Below, piece by piece: positions 37,272 to 48,775 of a stretch of DNA of 64,000 nt (its first letter is position 1; each line of letters starts with the position of its first letter). The stretch is from NCBI GenBank assembly GCA_024137785.1, contig JAHRHZ010000268.1, positions 16,323,206 through 16,387,205 on the forward strand, written 5' to 3'. The stretch comes from Ginglymostoma cirratum. Taxonomy: Eukaryota. Made by a program: the position numbers and the translations under genes. Below the pieces are notes generated by a model. That model did no database searches, had not been told where the DNA came from, and saw only the letters and a list, made by a program, of their open reading frames with translations.

Positions 37272-40200
37272 CTGAAAGCACAATAACATTTATTGTATCA
37301 TTAGTGCTGCATCTTTTCGTTTCTTAAGAAATGACTAAACTAGGTCGAAAGGTGATATCTCATGTCACAGTCAACAGTTAAATTATTCGTGATAATTTTT
37401 CACATTCACCAATGCTTTTATTTCATGCTTCAAAATAATATTGTTTAATATTGAAGTGACTTCTGAAAAAACGGGACTCATTTATAAATGCAGGTTGAAG
37501 TTATGTAAATTACATCAAAATGCACCATTATGTCTCTAGCATGTGTTGTTATGGTGAACAAAATGATTCAGAGGCAAATTATCTTAGGTTATAATGTTGA
37601 CACAGAGCATCACTAGACAAGAACACAGGTCAGAGAATCAGGTACATATTAAAGTACCTGATTAGGAGCCTTCCAATTTTCTAATAACTGACGTTAACAT
37701 GCGAAGAAATGGAAGTGCTATAAATTGGACACGCTGGCCTGGATTTTCTCGGAACAGGTTATGTTGTGATTTTGGGACCACACGTAAGTGGGCAGCAATC
37801 TTCCAGTGCCACTAAGAGAGATCACTGCTGTCAAGAACATTTTCAAGAGTCCTCACAGGAGGGGGCTCTTTCATTCTTTCTCTGTCAGGGCCGGGCAAAC
37901 AGATCTCAATGATGACAGGTTCATCCTACATGGCTCAATGGGTCACCAAGGTGGCCTTTGCTGTTGACAGGCTCCTCCTAGGGCATGGAACCACTGGCTC
38001 TCATCTTCACCACCCCCTTCTCCTCAGATCCCACAAGGAGCCTGCCTCCATGCAACTAAACCACATGATGTGGCCCCATTCACCTCTGGAAAATTTCAGG
38101 TGGCCCCATTCACTAGTTAGCTCCAGTAAGTGGTGAGCTGCTATGCCTCTCATTCCACCATTGTAAAATGGCCTAGCAGTGGAAGTGTGTGGGGAGCCAT
38201 CACACCATGGCCCCTTGATATTTTAACAAGCCCCCTATCTAATCGTCTACCACCTGAGGACCCATTTTTTTCCATTCCCAAATCTTCAATCCATCTTTCG
38301 TCAAGCAACATCTATATTGTAAGCCTTGTCTTGCAAAAATATATCCTGTGTATTTTTTATGCTTTTTCTTCCTTTTTTGAGCAAACTATTTGCCGAATGC
38401 TTTTTCAGAAGGACATGCCTTTAAAAAGATCATTTCATTCTACTTGTTGTTACAACAGCAATTGCATATCATGTCAACACAAATTAAAGTTATGTAAAAA
38501 GTAGCCTCAGTGTGATTGACATGAGGATAGCTGGATAGTCTTGTGTTATATACAGCACTGCTGGATGGAATACACCACACTGTATAAATGGCATGGTATT
38601 GTGCACCATAAACATGTAGTTAGATGTTGTATTAACACACAACTAAATATATAGACAGTGACAGAATAATATTGGACTTCAACTTTATTGACAGATATGC
38701 GCATTTGTTTGTCATCCCCAGGTTATTTGTATTTGCATAAAGAGTGGAGGTGTAGAAAAGTTTCAAAACACCAGATTTTTGACGATTCAAAACCCATTCC
38801 CTTTCACGAGATCAAATTGAGCTCGAGCTTCATGCCTACTTGGAAAGTTTGGAAAATTCGAGGACAATTTTATTATTTTCCACCATGATGGATTCTTGTC
38901 TATTTTAATATCTATCCCTCTAACATAGTGATGGTCAACCTTTTTGCATGGGGTGGGTATAGACAGTGGGGATGTTGCAGTGTTTTCTCTCCTGGAGAGC
39001 AAGGGCTGGGGACAAGTTTCAGAAAGAAACAGGTTGCTGCAACAGTTTGGATTGATCACTGCTCCTCCAATCACAGGCTGGTCCTCTCCCACATTTTCTG
39101 CTGGTAAGTTCCCTTACTGCAGCAGTGCACGCAAGAGTGAAAGGGCATATGATTGGAGAAATCCGTTACAAATGTTTCCACTCATACTTACATGTATTTG
39201 AACCTCCAGATTCAATAAAACACAAATAAAACATGTTTAAACAAAAAATTCTCTTTACACATTTTACTTAGCTTATGACCCTTCTCATTTAAGCTTTTTT
39301 TATTATTAATTATGAGATTTTGGTTATGGGATGGTAATTATTAATTATGGGAACTCTATGAATGAGTTGTAAATATGTCTACCAGTGCAGCAGACGTCAG
39401 GCCATATGAAATGCTCTGGTGGCCCACAGGCCATTGGTTTGGGACTCCTACTCTAAAGTGTTAGCTGTCAGTTCTTTTCCTTCTGGGGCCAGGTTTAAAA
39501 ACCCGCTCATGCTGATTAGATGAAAGATTCCAATATCTTCTGGCTGCAAGTTTTCCATACAAAAGAGTATTTGGCCTCTCTGAACTCAGTCCTGAGTGAA
39601 TGTAAATCCATCAAACTAATTTGAGTTAAGTTCAACATCTCAGGTATGAAATTGATTTTTGGTGATAATTCAGAATGAGCAACTTCAATGGAAGAGGAAA
39701 TTAAGCACAGTGTAAAACAGGCTGACAATTCATTTTTACTGAACTTACAGTACAGCCAAAGAATAATCTCAGCCCATCCTTCGTTCCTTATTTATAATGG
39801 AAAAGGTAACATGACAGCAGTAGATGTACAATTCGGTAAGGTATCTATGGGTGGAAAAGTTTTCTCTATTAACTGTGTTACAATGAAATGCTTAGCATTG
39901 TTTGAAAGCAAACATTTTTGCTTTTGTTATACATGGAGTGGGGAGGCAACCTTCCACCATTGTGAGGGACTATAAACAGAGTTTAACTTCCATCTGAAAT
40001 GATTGACAGCGACACTGGGTCACAAAATGGCAAGTGTTCCATTTCCTAGTGCCGACATCTCGAGTACAAAAAGTTATCCAAGAATGTTTTCTTAAATGTA
40101 CACATTAAAGTCGTTTGATAGCTATTTTGCATAACTAAAGGTTATTTCAATGCCAAGAAACATCTGGAAGAAATGACTGCAGCAGAGACTTCAAACTGCC

Positions 40201-40665
40201 TTTAGGAACCATGCAGAGAAGCCTCTTGGGCACAGAGATCAAGACAAATGGAAAAACTTTGTATTACTGGGGATCAAAAACAAATTAATAATCATTTAAA
40301 CACTTTTCAATCTCTCCACAATTTTAAGAATGCTTGAGATGTTCTTCAATATTTTGCAGAATAGCCACCAAACCACCAGAATCAGAGACTTCCAGTATTT
40401 AAATAGTGTGGAAAAAAGACGTGTCTTGGGGGAATAGAATTAGATGGACATTATAAAATCAGCTATTTAATATGTGTGTCACTTGATGTTTAGTTCTGCT
40501 GAGGACAATGGATTAGAATGTCAGGCTAGGAGTAAAACAGGTGGCCTACACTGTAATGATCATGCAATACTTTTGCTCAAGGAAAATTTCTACTGCTGTC
40601 TTTATTCTTCAACCTAGAGTAACAGAGAATGCAACTGACAGAAATATCACATGAAATAGTATAAC

Positions 40666-40950
40666 ATGGTGGCTCAGTGGTTAGCCCTGCAGCCTCACAG
40701 CACCAGGGACCTGGGTTCGATTCCAGCCTCAGGTGACTGTCTGTGTGGAGTTTGCACATTCTCCCTGTGTCTGTGTGGGTTTCCTCCCACAGTCCAAAGA
40801 TGTGCAGGCTAGGTGGATTGGCTGTGCTAAATTGCCCATAGTGTTCAGGGGTGTGTGGGTTATAAGGGGATGGGTCTGGGTGGGATGCTCCAAGGGTCAG
40901 TGTGGACTTGTTGGGCCAAAGGGCCTGTTTCCACACTGTAGGGATTCTTC
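40666..40950 (+). mobile_element. HE1-type V-SINE (well preserved)
   Basis: A box TGGCTCAGTGG, B box GGTTCGATTCC, V-domain gtctgtgtggagtttgcacattctccc, and tail gggcctgtttccacactgtagggattct. Confidence 0.92.
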
Positions 40951-41171
40951 TAATAATGATTGACAATGTATTATTTTTCTTTTCTTTAACTTCCCTATTA
41001 TAATTATAAGCAAAACAATGCTAAATCCTGTGCTTCTTTTAAAGCTTCTTGCTTTATTCTGAATGATGTTGGTGTAGACAGTTGCTGTTAATCGACCATT
41101 CTAAGATCAGATGCTGATAGAGATACAGACACTAAATATTCACATAGTTTAAACGTGAGGATTTGTTTTAC

Positions 41172-41337
41172 CCTGTGGTATGGATGTAGGAGGATAACTG
41201 GCATCAGACAGCTGATAAGGAGACAGTGCTGGCATTGCTGTGGGTGGGAATCCTCCAGGAATCAGGTGATTAAATGCCAGTAGTTGATTGGCTCCTGCTT
41301 GTTTTCTCCAACGAGCTCGGCGATTGCTGAACCAAAC
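41172..41337 (-). CDS. pax3: Pax3 exon 6 (homeodomain helix 3 with Ser50, plus linker)
   Basis: tttattAG|[56 protein letters not shown]|GTAAAA. 166 nt, the same size as human PAX3 exon 6. WFSNRR (Ser50) is diagnostic of Pax-type homeodomains. Confidence 0.97.
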
Positions 41338-44300
41338 CTAATAAATTAAACAGGATCATTTCCAGGACAGTTTGAATTGAATTACTTTTAGTACAATTAT
41401 CACCATAATTAAAGTACAAATAATAAAATGAAAATAAATGAGAGAGAACAAAGTAATGCCTAGCTCATACACAAAAAGCCCAATTGATAAGAAGTGAAAT
41501 TTTACGATAAAATCTTTTAAGTTATGAATTATATTTGCTTAATTGGGACTATTGGCAATTAGCATGGCATAACGCAAAGTACTCTGATTGAGTCAAACAT
41601 TTTATTAATTCATTATCAATACTGCATTATTTAAAGATTGATTTTCTTAGGCAATTATCTGCAGCTATCCTAACTGCAAGAATACTTAAACCACAATGTT
41701 TAAAAAAAGTCGAGATTAACTCTCTAGGATCACACCAAAGAAGATAACAAATGGTTCCTGCAAAGTGTTGCCTCCTCTAACTTTTTTTAGCCAAACTTTG
41801 CAATTGCCAGTCTGAGCTGTCTCCAAAATCACAATCCTTTCATCTGATTCAATAGCCCATGCACACATAAAATACCAAAATCGAGGAATTAGGAAAAGAT
41901 TTTTTAAAATTACATTTATATTAAAATAGGAATTTTAGTGAAAGGAAAACTTTCAATAATCTGGCACAATTCTGTGAGCATGTTCCAATTGATATGCAAG
42001 TGGCAAGACAGAACCTGAGCACTTTCTGAATTAGTCAAAGATATATTATTTTTATGAGCAAAGTGTTTGTTTTTAACCTCTAAAATAAATGTAGCTCCTG
42101 ATTAATTCTTGTATGATTTATAATGTTTGTAGAATGAAATTTTTTGGAGTTCTTCAGCATTGGTGCTGTGGTGCAGATGTTTTGAAATAGCATTCTAGAG
42201 ATTCAAAAGGAGCAAAGAATCTTTGTATAACTGTCATTTAAAAATGTGAAAATTTATTACAAGAAATAAAAGTAAGATTCAGTATTCCTACTGTCTTGAG
42301 AAAAGTTAAATTCCCATCGCTGAACCATCATGAAGAAGTCACTGATTGACTTAAATCTGTCATTCATGCTGGCTTTCGTAAAAGATCCATATGTTAGTTG
42401 TTCTGGAGAATTTAGCAGGGAAGTAGATCACAGCAAGCCACATAAAAGATGATAGGCCTCATGAGACCAAATGAAGCTGTGAGGAATGCAGAGAAGTCAC
42501 AAGGTTAAAGCTACACTGTGGCAGCTGCTGCATTAATGTGGCTCCTGCATGCATTGAAAGGCAAGCACTTAGAAAGTGTTAGTGCTCATACTTCACTCAC
42601 AAACATTCTGGAAGTCTGGAAAGTGAAATGTTTGTGTAGATATTAGACATTTTGATGGTGAATGACAATCACATTGCAGTTTTGCTATTTTCCAGCACTT
42701 TTGGTGAAGTTAAATAAATGGTCCAATTCTTCACGGGGTAATGCATATACAGAGAGGTAACTACCATTGCGAAATTACTGCTCCCAATACTTTTCCTTCC
42801 TCATCACCTAAATGAATTGAAACATGTTGGAGTCCCATAGATGCTTGCATCTCCCTATACCTCAGCAAGCAGAGTTCAAGTTTGGAATTGGTGGTCCATT
42901 CAACCTGGGTCATCATAGTTTTCTCTGATGGAGTTCCTACCTGATGGTCATTCACACACTGTCTAGCTGCATGCTGAGGTACCAGCAAGGCTGAAAGTCT
43001 GGTTAATTTCTCCCTAAAAATGGGGATCAAATCTGCCACCATTTTGGTCTAGATTACTCAGGGCATCATTAGAGAGTGCATGGTAAGCCATAAAGGTGCG
43101 ACAGAAAATGTGTTAGTGAATAAATAAAGTGCTTAATGCATTTGTGTGATTTATGCACTGCCTTATGGAGAAACAAACCATTGATTATTGTTCATTATGA
43201 TTAACTTTCTTAATTCTTGAGATCTTCATCAGGGAAATTTTAATATGAAGCATACATTGGGCAAGCAGTGAGGGGAAGGCACATGACTGTTGGGCTTCCC
43301 TTAAATTTGAAAGCAGAAATGACCATGCCTTTCCAGCACTGAGACACAGGGAATCTATCATGCGAGTCACCAGAAAGCTGAATCAGGAATCTGCAACATC
43401 AGAGATCTAGGCTCAAGTGAAGGGGGCAAGGATTGATGGAAGATGAGTAAGTAAACAAGCAATAGAATTTTATGTTGCGTAGCTAAATGCTATTATGCTT
43501 CACTGGCCTTTAAACAGAAAGCACGCAGTCGCCAGTTCTTCAGTGATTTTCAGAAATCCCATTAGGGGCTACTAGTTTGGCTGCATTCCTAAACTTGCAA
43601 TGGATGGAGATTATGCAGCAGAGGTATTACATAATTACCTTTCAAAATTGCAGCAGGTTATTATGTGCATATTAAGATCCCAATTTGCACATATCATTAA
43701 GATAGTCCTAAGACATAAAATCATGATTTGAAAAGGGAAATATGCTTACAGACTGTCTGGTCTCTTCTATGAACAACTCCCTGGAGCTTCTGCAGACATA
43801 CTGCTTTGAGGAGAATTCCAGCACATTCCCCACTTCTGACTTTCTTAGGCCATCCCTCCATTCATGCATCCCACATGTACGTATCAAGAGGAAAATGAAA
43901 CAGGAGGCCAGAAATGACCTCCCACCTCATTCAGGGACCAACTCTGGGCCTCTGCTTAATTCAGTGCAAATGCATTGATGATGAATTTAGGGAAGAATAA
44001 AAATCCATCCGGAATAGGAACAAAGAATTGATCCAAGAGTCTCTGCCTCCAGTTTCTCTTCCCTACGCACAGTGAACAGGAAAATCTGTAATACTCTCAG
44101 GGGAAAAGCAGATGAGTGGAAATAAAGTAAATGGCTCTGGAGGAAAAAAATTGACACAGGTGGGACCATTATGGGTTAACTGTTTTCCTACTGGATTGAA
44201 GTTTTCTTGTAATAGCAGGAATTTCAAATCCCTGTGGCCGCATTGTGGAAGGGAATATTGCACGATTTCAGCAATGGACTTCCAACTCTAAAGGTTAGTT

Positions 44301-44755
44301 TTATGCTCAAAATGTAACTCGAAAATGCCACACCCACACCCAACTCCAGGAGTTTTGATGGTAATATCTATACTTCTTTAAATCTGTAATGATATATAAT
44401 GTGACATATTGTCATGATTCTTCAAAGCATTTTCTCATGCAGATGGATAGCTAAGGACAATAATGACTTCGAGGGAGCTTTAACCAGAATGCATCAATGT
44501 GCGGCAATTTCTCCAGTCCAGGGTTTAACCCACATCGTTCACGTAAATAAAACTACAGGTATTAAGTACTTTCATTTATGTTGATCATAAAACAGAATGT
44601 AAAATACTCTTAGCTACAGTTATCAGCAAAGAAGAGGCCACTACTGGACTACAGTGCCCTCATCTAGGCTCAATCGCAAGCATAATATCACTTAGTCTTG
44701 AGTGTTATATGCAACTTAGCACAGGTGAGATCCCTGCATAAGACAAAAGTTATCT

Positions 44756-44796
44756 ACACACACACACACATATATGTGTATGTATATATATGTATA
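44756..44796. repeat. Compound (CA)n/(TA/TG)n microsatellite
   Basis: acacacacacacacatatatgtgtatgtatatatatgtata. Confidence 0.85.
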
Positions 44797-45112
44797 AAAA
44801 TATAAAAGAAATATGTATGGTCCAATACAAGATATTCATATAGATCAATATGCTTTAAATATGTTTGAAATCATCAAAAAAACTTTAATAAATAGATTGG
44901 TTTATTATGGGGCACTGTATTCAGCAATGTAGTGGTTTTATTTATTAAAGACATTCTTTCATCATGAGATGTGGTTCTCCAACAAAGTATCTCAAATTCA
45001 GTCAACAAACCAAACTGGATTACTGGATTTTTCAAGTAATTTAGTAATTTAATGAACAAATAAAAATTCATTTTGAATAATATGTAATCTGTGAAATTTC
45101 AGATGTTGTTTA

Positions 45113-45391
<279 letters not shown>

Positions 45392-45476
45392 TTAATGATC
45401 AGTAATATGGAAAAATATAATACCAGATCTGGTTTAATTCACAAAAGCGAAAGTTTGAAACATGGCTTGTGTTTAT

Positions 45477-45494
45477 ATGCAAATCCGTCACGGG
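45477..45494 (+). promoter_or_regulatory. Octamer (ATGCAAAT) directly next to a paired-domain core (CGTCACGG) in Pax3 intron 4
   Basis: ATGCAAAT at 45477-45484 and CGTCACGG at 45486-45493, about 105 nt from the exon 5 acceptor, in non-repetitive DNA with retained CpGs. Confidence 0.45.
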
Positions 45495-45852
45495 ACATCC
45501 ATTCATGAATTCAATTTGTATGAAAATTACTATTCAAGTTACAGCAGAAAGGAAATGTGCCACTGATAGTAAAATTTGAATCTTCATGAATTTTATTTCA
45601 GGTATCTGTTGATTGCAGCTTAAGGAAAAGAAAGACTTGCATTTATGTTATATCTTTCATGATCTGAGTACACAATAAGGTGCTTTACAACTAATGAAGC
45701 AATTTTAAATTCATTCACATGGTTAGGACATCGCTGGCTAGGCCACAATTTATTGCCCATTCCTAATTGCCCAGAAGGCAGTTAAGAGTCAACCACATTG
45801 CTGTTGGTCTGAAGTCACGTGTAGGCCAGACCTGGTAAGGATGGTGTCATTA

Positions 45853-47890
45853 AGTGTGGAGCTAGAAAAGGACAGCAGGTCAGACAGCATCCGAGGGCCA
45901 GGAAAGTCAACATTTTGGGCCAAAACGTTCATCAGCACTGGGGAGAGAGAGAACATAAGAACATAAGAACTAGGAGCAGGAGTAGGCCATCTGGCCCCTC
46001 GAGCCTGCCCCGCCATTTAATAAGATCATGGCTGATCTTTTTGAGACTCAGCTCCACTTACCTGCCCACTTACCATAACCTTTAATTCATTTACTGTTCA
46101 AAATTTTATCTAGCCTTGCCTTAAAAACATTCAGTGAGGTAGCTTCAACCGCTTCACTGGGCAGGGAATTCCACATACTCACAATCCTTTGGGTGAAGAA
46201 GTTCCTCCTGATCTCAGTCCTACATCTGCTTCCCTTTATTTTGAGGTGATGCCCTCTAGTCCTAGTTTCACCTGCTAGTGGAAACAACCTTCCTGCCTTC
46301 ACTTTATCTATTCCCTTCATAATCTTATATGTTTCTATAAGATCTCCCCTCATTCTTCAGAATTCCAATGAGTATAATCCCAGTCTACTCAGTCTCTCCT
46401 CATAATCCAACCCTCTCAACTCTGGAATCAACCAAGTGAATCTCCTCTGTACCCCCTCCAGTGCTAGTATATCTCTTCTCAAGTAATGAGACCAAAACTG
46501 CGCACAGTACTTCAGGTGTGGCCTCACCAGGACCCTATACATCTGCAGCATAGCCTCCCTCAAGCGATAACAGACAAAATTCCACTCGCCTTTTTAATCA
46601 CCTGCTGCACCAGCAATCCCACCTTCAGCGATTCATGCACAAGGACACACAAGTCCCTCTGCACAGCAGCGTGCTGCAATTTTTTACCATTTAAAACATA
46701 GTCCATTTTGCTGTTATTCCTACCAAAATGGATGACCTCACACTTATCAACATTGTACTCCAGGGATCCCAGAAATAAATAGAGGGACGGGGTGGGGCTG
46801 AGGGGATGGTTCGTGAGATAGAGATAGGTGGATGCAGGTGGGGGTTATTGTGGTTGGTTAGTGAGAAGGGTGGAGTGGATAGGTGAGTCAGAAGATGGAC
46901 AGGTTGGGGATGGAGAGATTTTAAAGTTGGTGAAGCCAATATTCAGGCCATTGGGCTGTAAGCTCCCAAGGCAAAATATGAGATGTTGTTCCTCCAGCTT
47001 ACTTTTGACATCACTCTGACAGTGGAGGGGCCAAGGATGGACATGCCGAAGGGGAGTGGGAGGGGGAGTTAAAATGGTTGGCAATCGAACGTCGGGTTGT
47101 TTGGTGCATGCAGATCATGTATACTCCGCAAACCGGTCCCCAAGTCTGAGTTTGGCCTCCCTGATATAGTGGAGACCACATCAGAAGCAACCGGTACAGT
47201 AGATGAGATTAAATGAAGTGCAGGTGAATCTCTGCTGAATTTAGAAGGATTGTTTGGGGTCCTGGATGGAGCTGAGACAGGAGGGGTGTACGGGCAGGTA
47301 TAGCACCTCCTGCATTTGCAGGGAAAGGTACCGGGGAGTGGTGAAGGGGTTGGTGGGGAGTATGGAGCTGATGAGGGAGTCACAGAGTGAACGGTCCCTG
47401 TGGAAAGCGAACAGGGGTGGGGAGGGAAATCTTTTTGGTGGTGGGGTCTGATTGGAGGCATTGGAAATGTTGGAGGATGATGTGTTGTATTCGGAGGGTG
47501 GTGGGGACCAAGGGAACTCTATCCTTATTGTTGTTGGGGAAAAGCATTTGAGGGCAGAAGTGCAGGAAATGGCAGAGATGTGGCATCCTTAATAACAGAG
47601 GAGGAGAAATTGTGGCCCCTCAAGTAGGTAAGGTAATAGAGTAGAACACCTCATTCTGACAGCAAATGCAGAGGAATTGAGAGTACAGGATAGAATTTTT
47701 GCAGGAGGGTGAGGAGACATAATCATGGCAGTTAGTCGGTTTGAAATGGATGTCAGTGGTGAGTCCAGAGTCAGAAATGGTCCAGGTGCGTTTGAGGGCA
47801 CAGTAGAAGGAGTTGTTTGAGCTCCTCACAGGAGCATGAGGCAGCACCAATACAGTCATCAATTTAGCAGAGAAAGTGTTGGGGGCATAA
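45853..47890 (-). mobile_element. Penelope-like retroelement (RT C-terminus, GIY-YIG endonuclease, terminal repeat), split by a CR1
   Basis: ORF fragments TDIHFKPT (RT thumb), FPCKCRRCYTCPY (Cys motif before GIY-YIG) and KLEEQHLIFCLGSLQPNGLN (GIY-YIG C-terminus). Body at 46763-47890; terminal repeat with a decayed hammerhead at 45853-45950. Confidence 0.88.
45951..46762 (-). mobile_element. CR1/HER1-like LINE, 5'-truncated, innermost insertion
   Basis: ORFs 46357-46563 (YRVLVRPHLKYCAQFW) and 46087-46353 (RGDLIETYKIMKG..TRTRGH). Tail gaacataagaacataagaac. Confidence 0.93.
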
Positions 47891-48775
47891 TGATGGCAGT
47901 TTCCCATCCCTAAAGGGCATTAGTGAAACAGATGTGTTTTTCCCTGACAATCAACAATGGTCCATCATTAGGCTCTTATTTCCATATATGTATTGAATTT
48001 AAATTCCACCATCTGCCATGGTGGGATTTGAACCCAGGTCCTCAGAATATTTCTAGGGTCTCTGGATTAACAGTCCAGTGATAATACCACTAGGCCATCA
48101 CCTCTCTCTTTAGGAAGTATGTAGAAAACATAACCAATTTAAGCACAGCAAGCTCACCAAAACAAAGGATGTACTGGTCAGTTTATCCTGTTTTTTTTAA
48201 TGGTATTGGTTGAGGAATAAATATTTCTCAGGAATAAATAATGTCATGTGATTCTTTGCATCCTCCTGAGACTGCAGATGAAACCTTGATTTAATGTTAA
48301 TCTGAAAGATGGCACCTCCAACTATGCAGCATTCTCTCAGTATATCTATTTCTTGTTTCTAGCCTAACATGTTCCTTAAAAACAATGGGGTAAGTGAAAA
48401 TGCATTAAATCAAAAGAATGTTCTCACTAAACATTGTAATAAGGGGAGGTTATATTCCTATAATTTTTAGATTTAGAACCTTTCTTGATTGATTTAATAT
48501 ACCTGTACTTTGTTATAATTGAGTTTGTAAGATTGCAATATTTTGAAACCATAGATTAATTTAAGGTCATGAAGGAGCTTATGTGACCAGTTCTGAAGTC
48601 TGGTTTGCTGGAAGGCTAAGTGATATGAGAGATCTAAAGAAGATCTTAAGAAGGCTTAGACTATTTTACTGAGAAAAGGATGCAATGTAGTTATGCATGG
48701 AGACAGCACAGCAGCCTCTGGGTTTGCAATGTGTAGACTTTCCACACGTCCAGAAAAGTTTTTTTCCAGATTTTT

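Larger units (their letters stand above)
45708..48108 (-). mobile_element. tRNA-SINE (2150-2508 family) split into 45708-45844 and 47892-48108
   Basis: The two halves align collinearly to the intact copy at 2150-2508. The break is at a duplicated GATGG. Confidence 0.85.
45625..48345 (-). mobile_element. DeuSINE (SacSINE1/AmnSINE1-like) split into 45625-45707 and 48110-48345
   Basis: aaagacttgcatttat..gtgctttaca..aatgaag on the left continues as ccaattt..gcacagcaag..ttggttgagg.ataaatatt..tctgaaagatggcacctcc..tgcagca on the right. The Deu-domain match is recalled. Another copy is at 53003-53190. Confidence 0.7.

Noticed and set aside
37637-37664. Hairpin AATCAGGTAC-N8-GTACCTGATT
   Set aside because: An isolated 10-bp stem with no supporting context, and too short for a pre-miRNA.
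40666-40740. tRNA-like sequence with A and B boxes
   Set aside because: It is the head of an HE1-type SINE and continues into the V-domain and LINE tail. It is not a tRNA gene.
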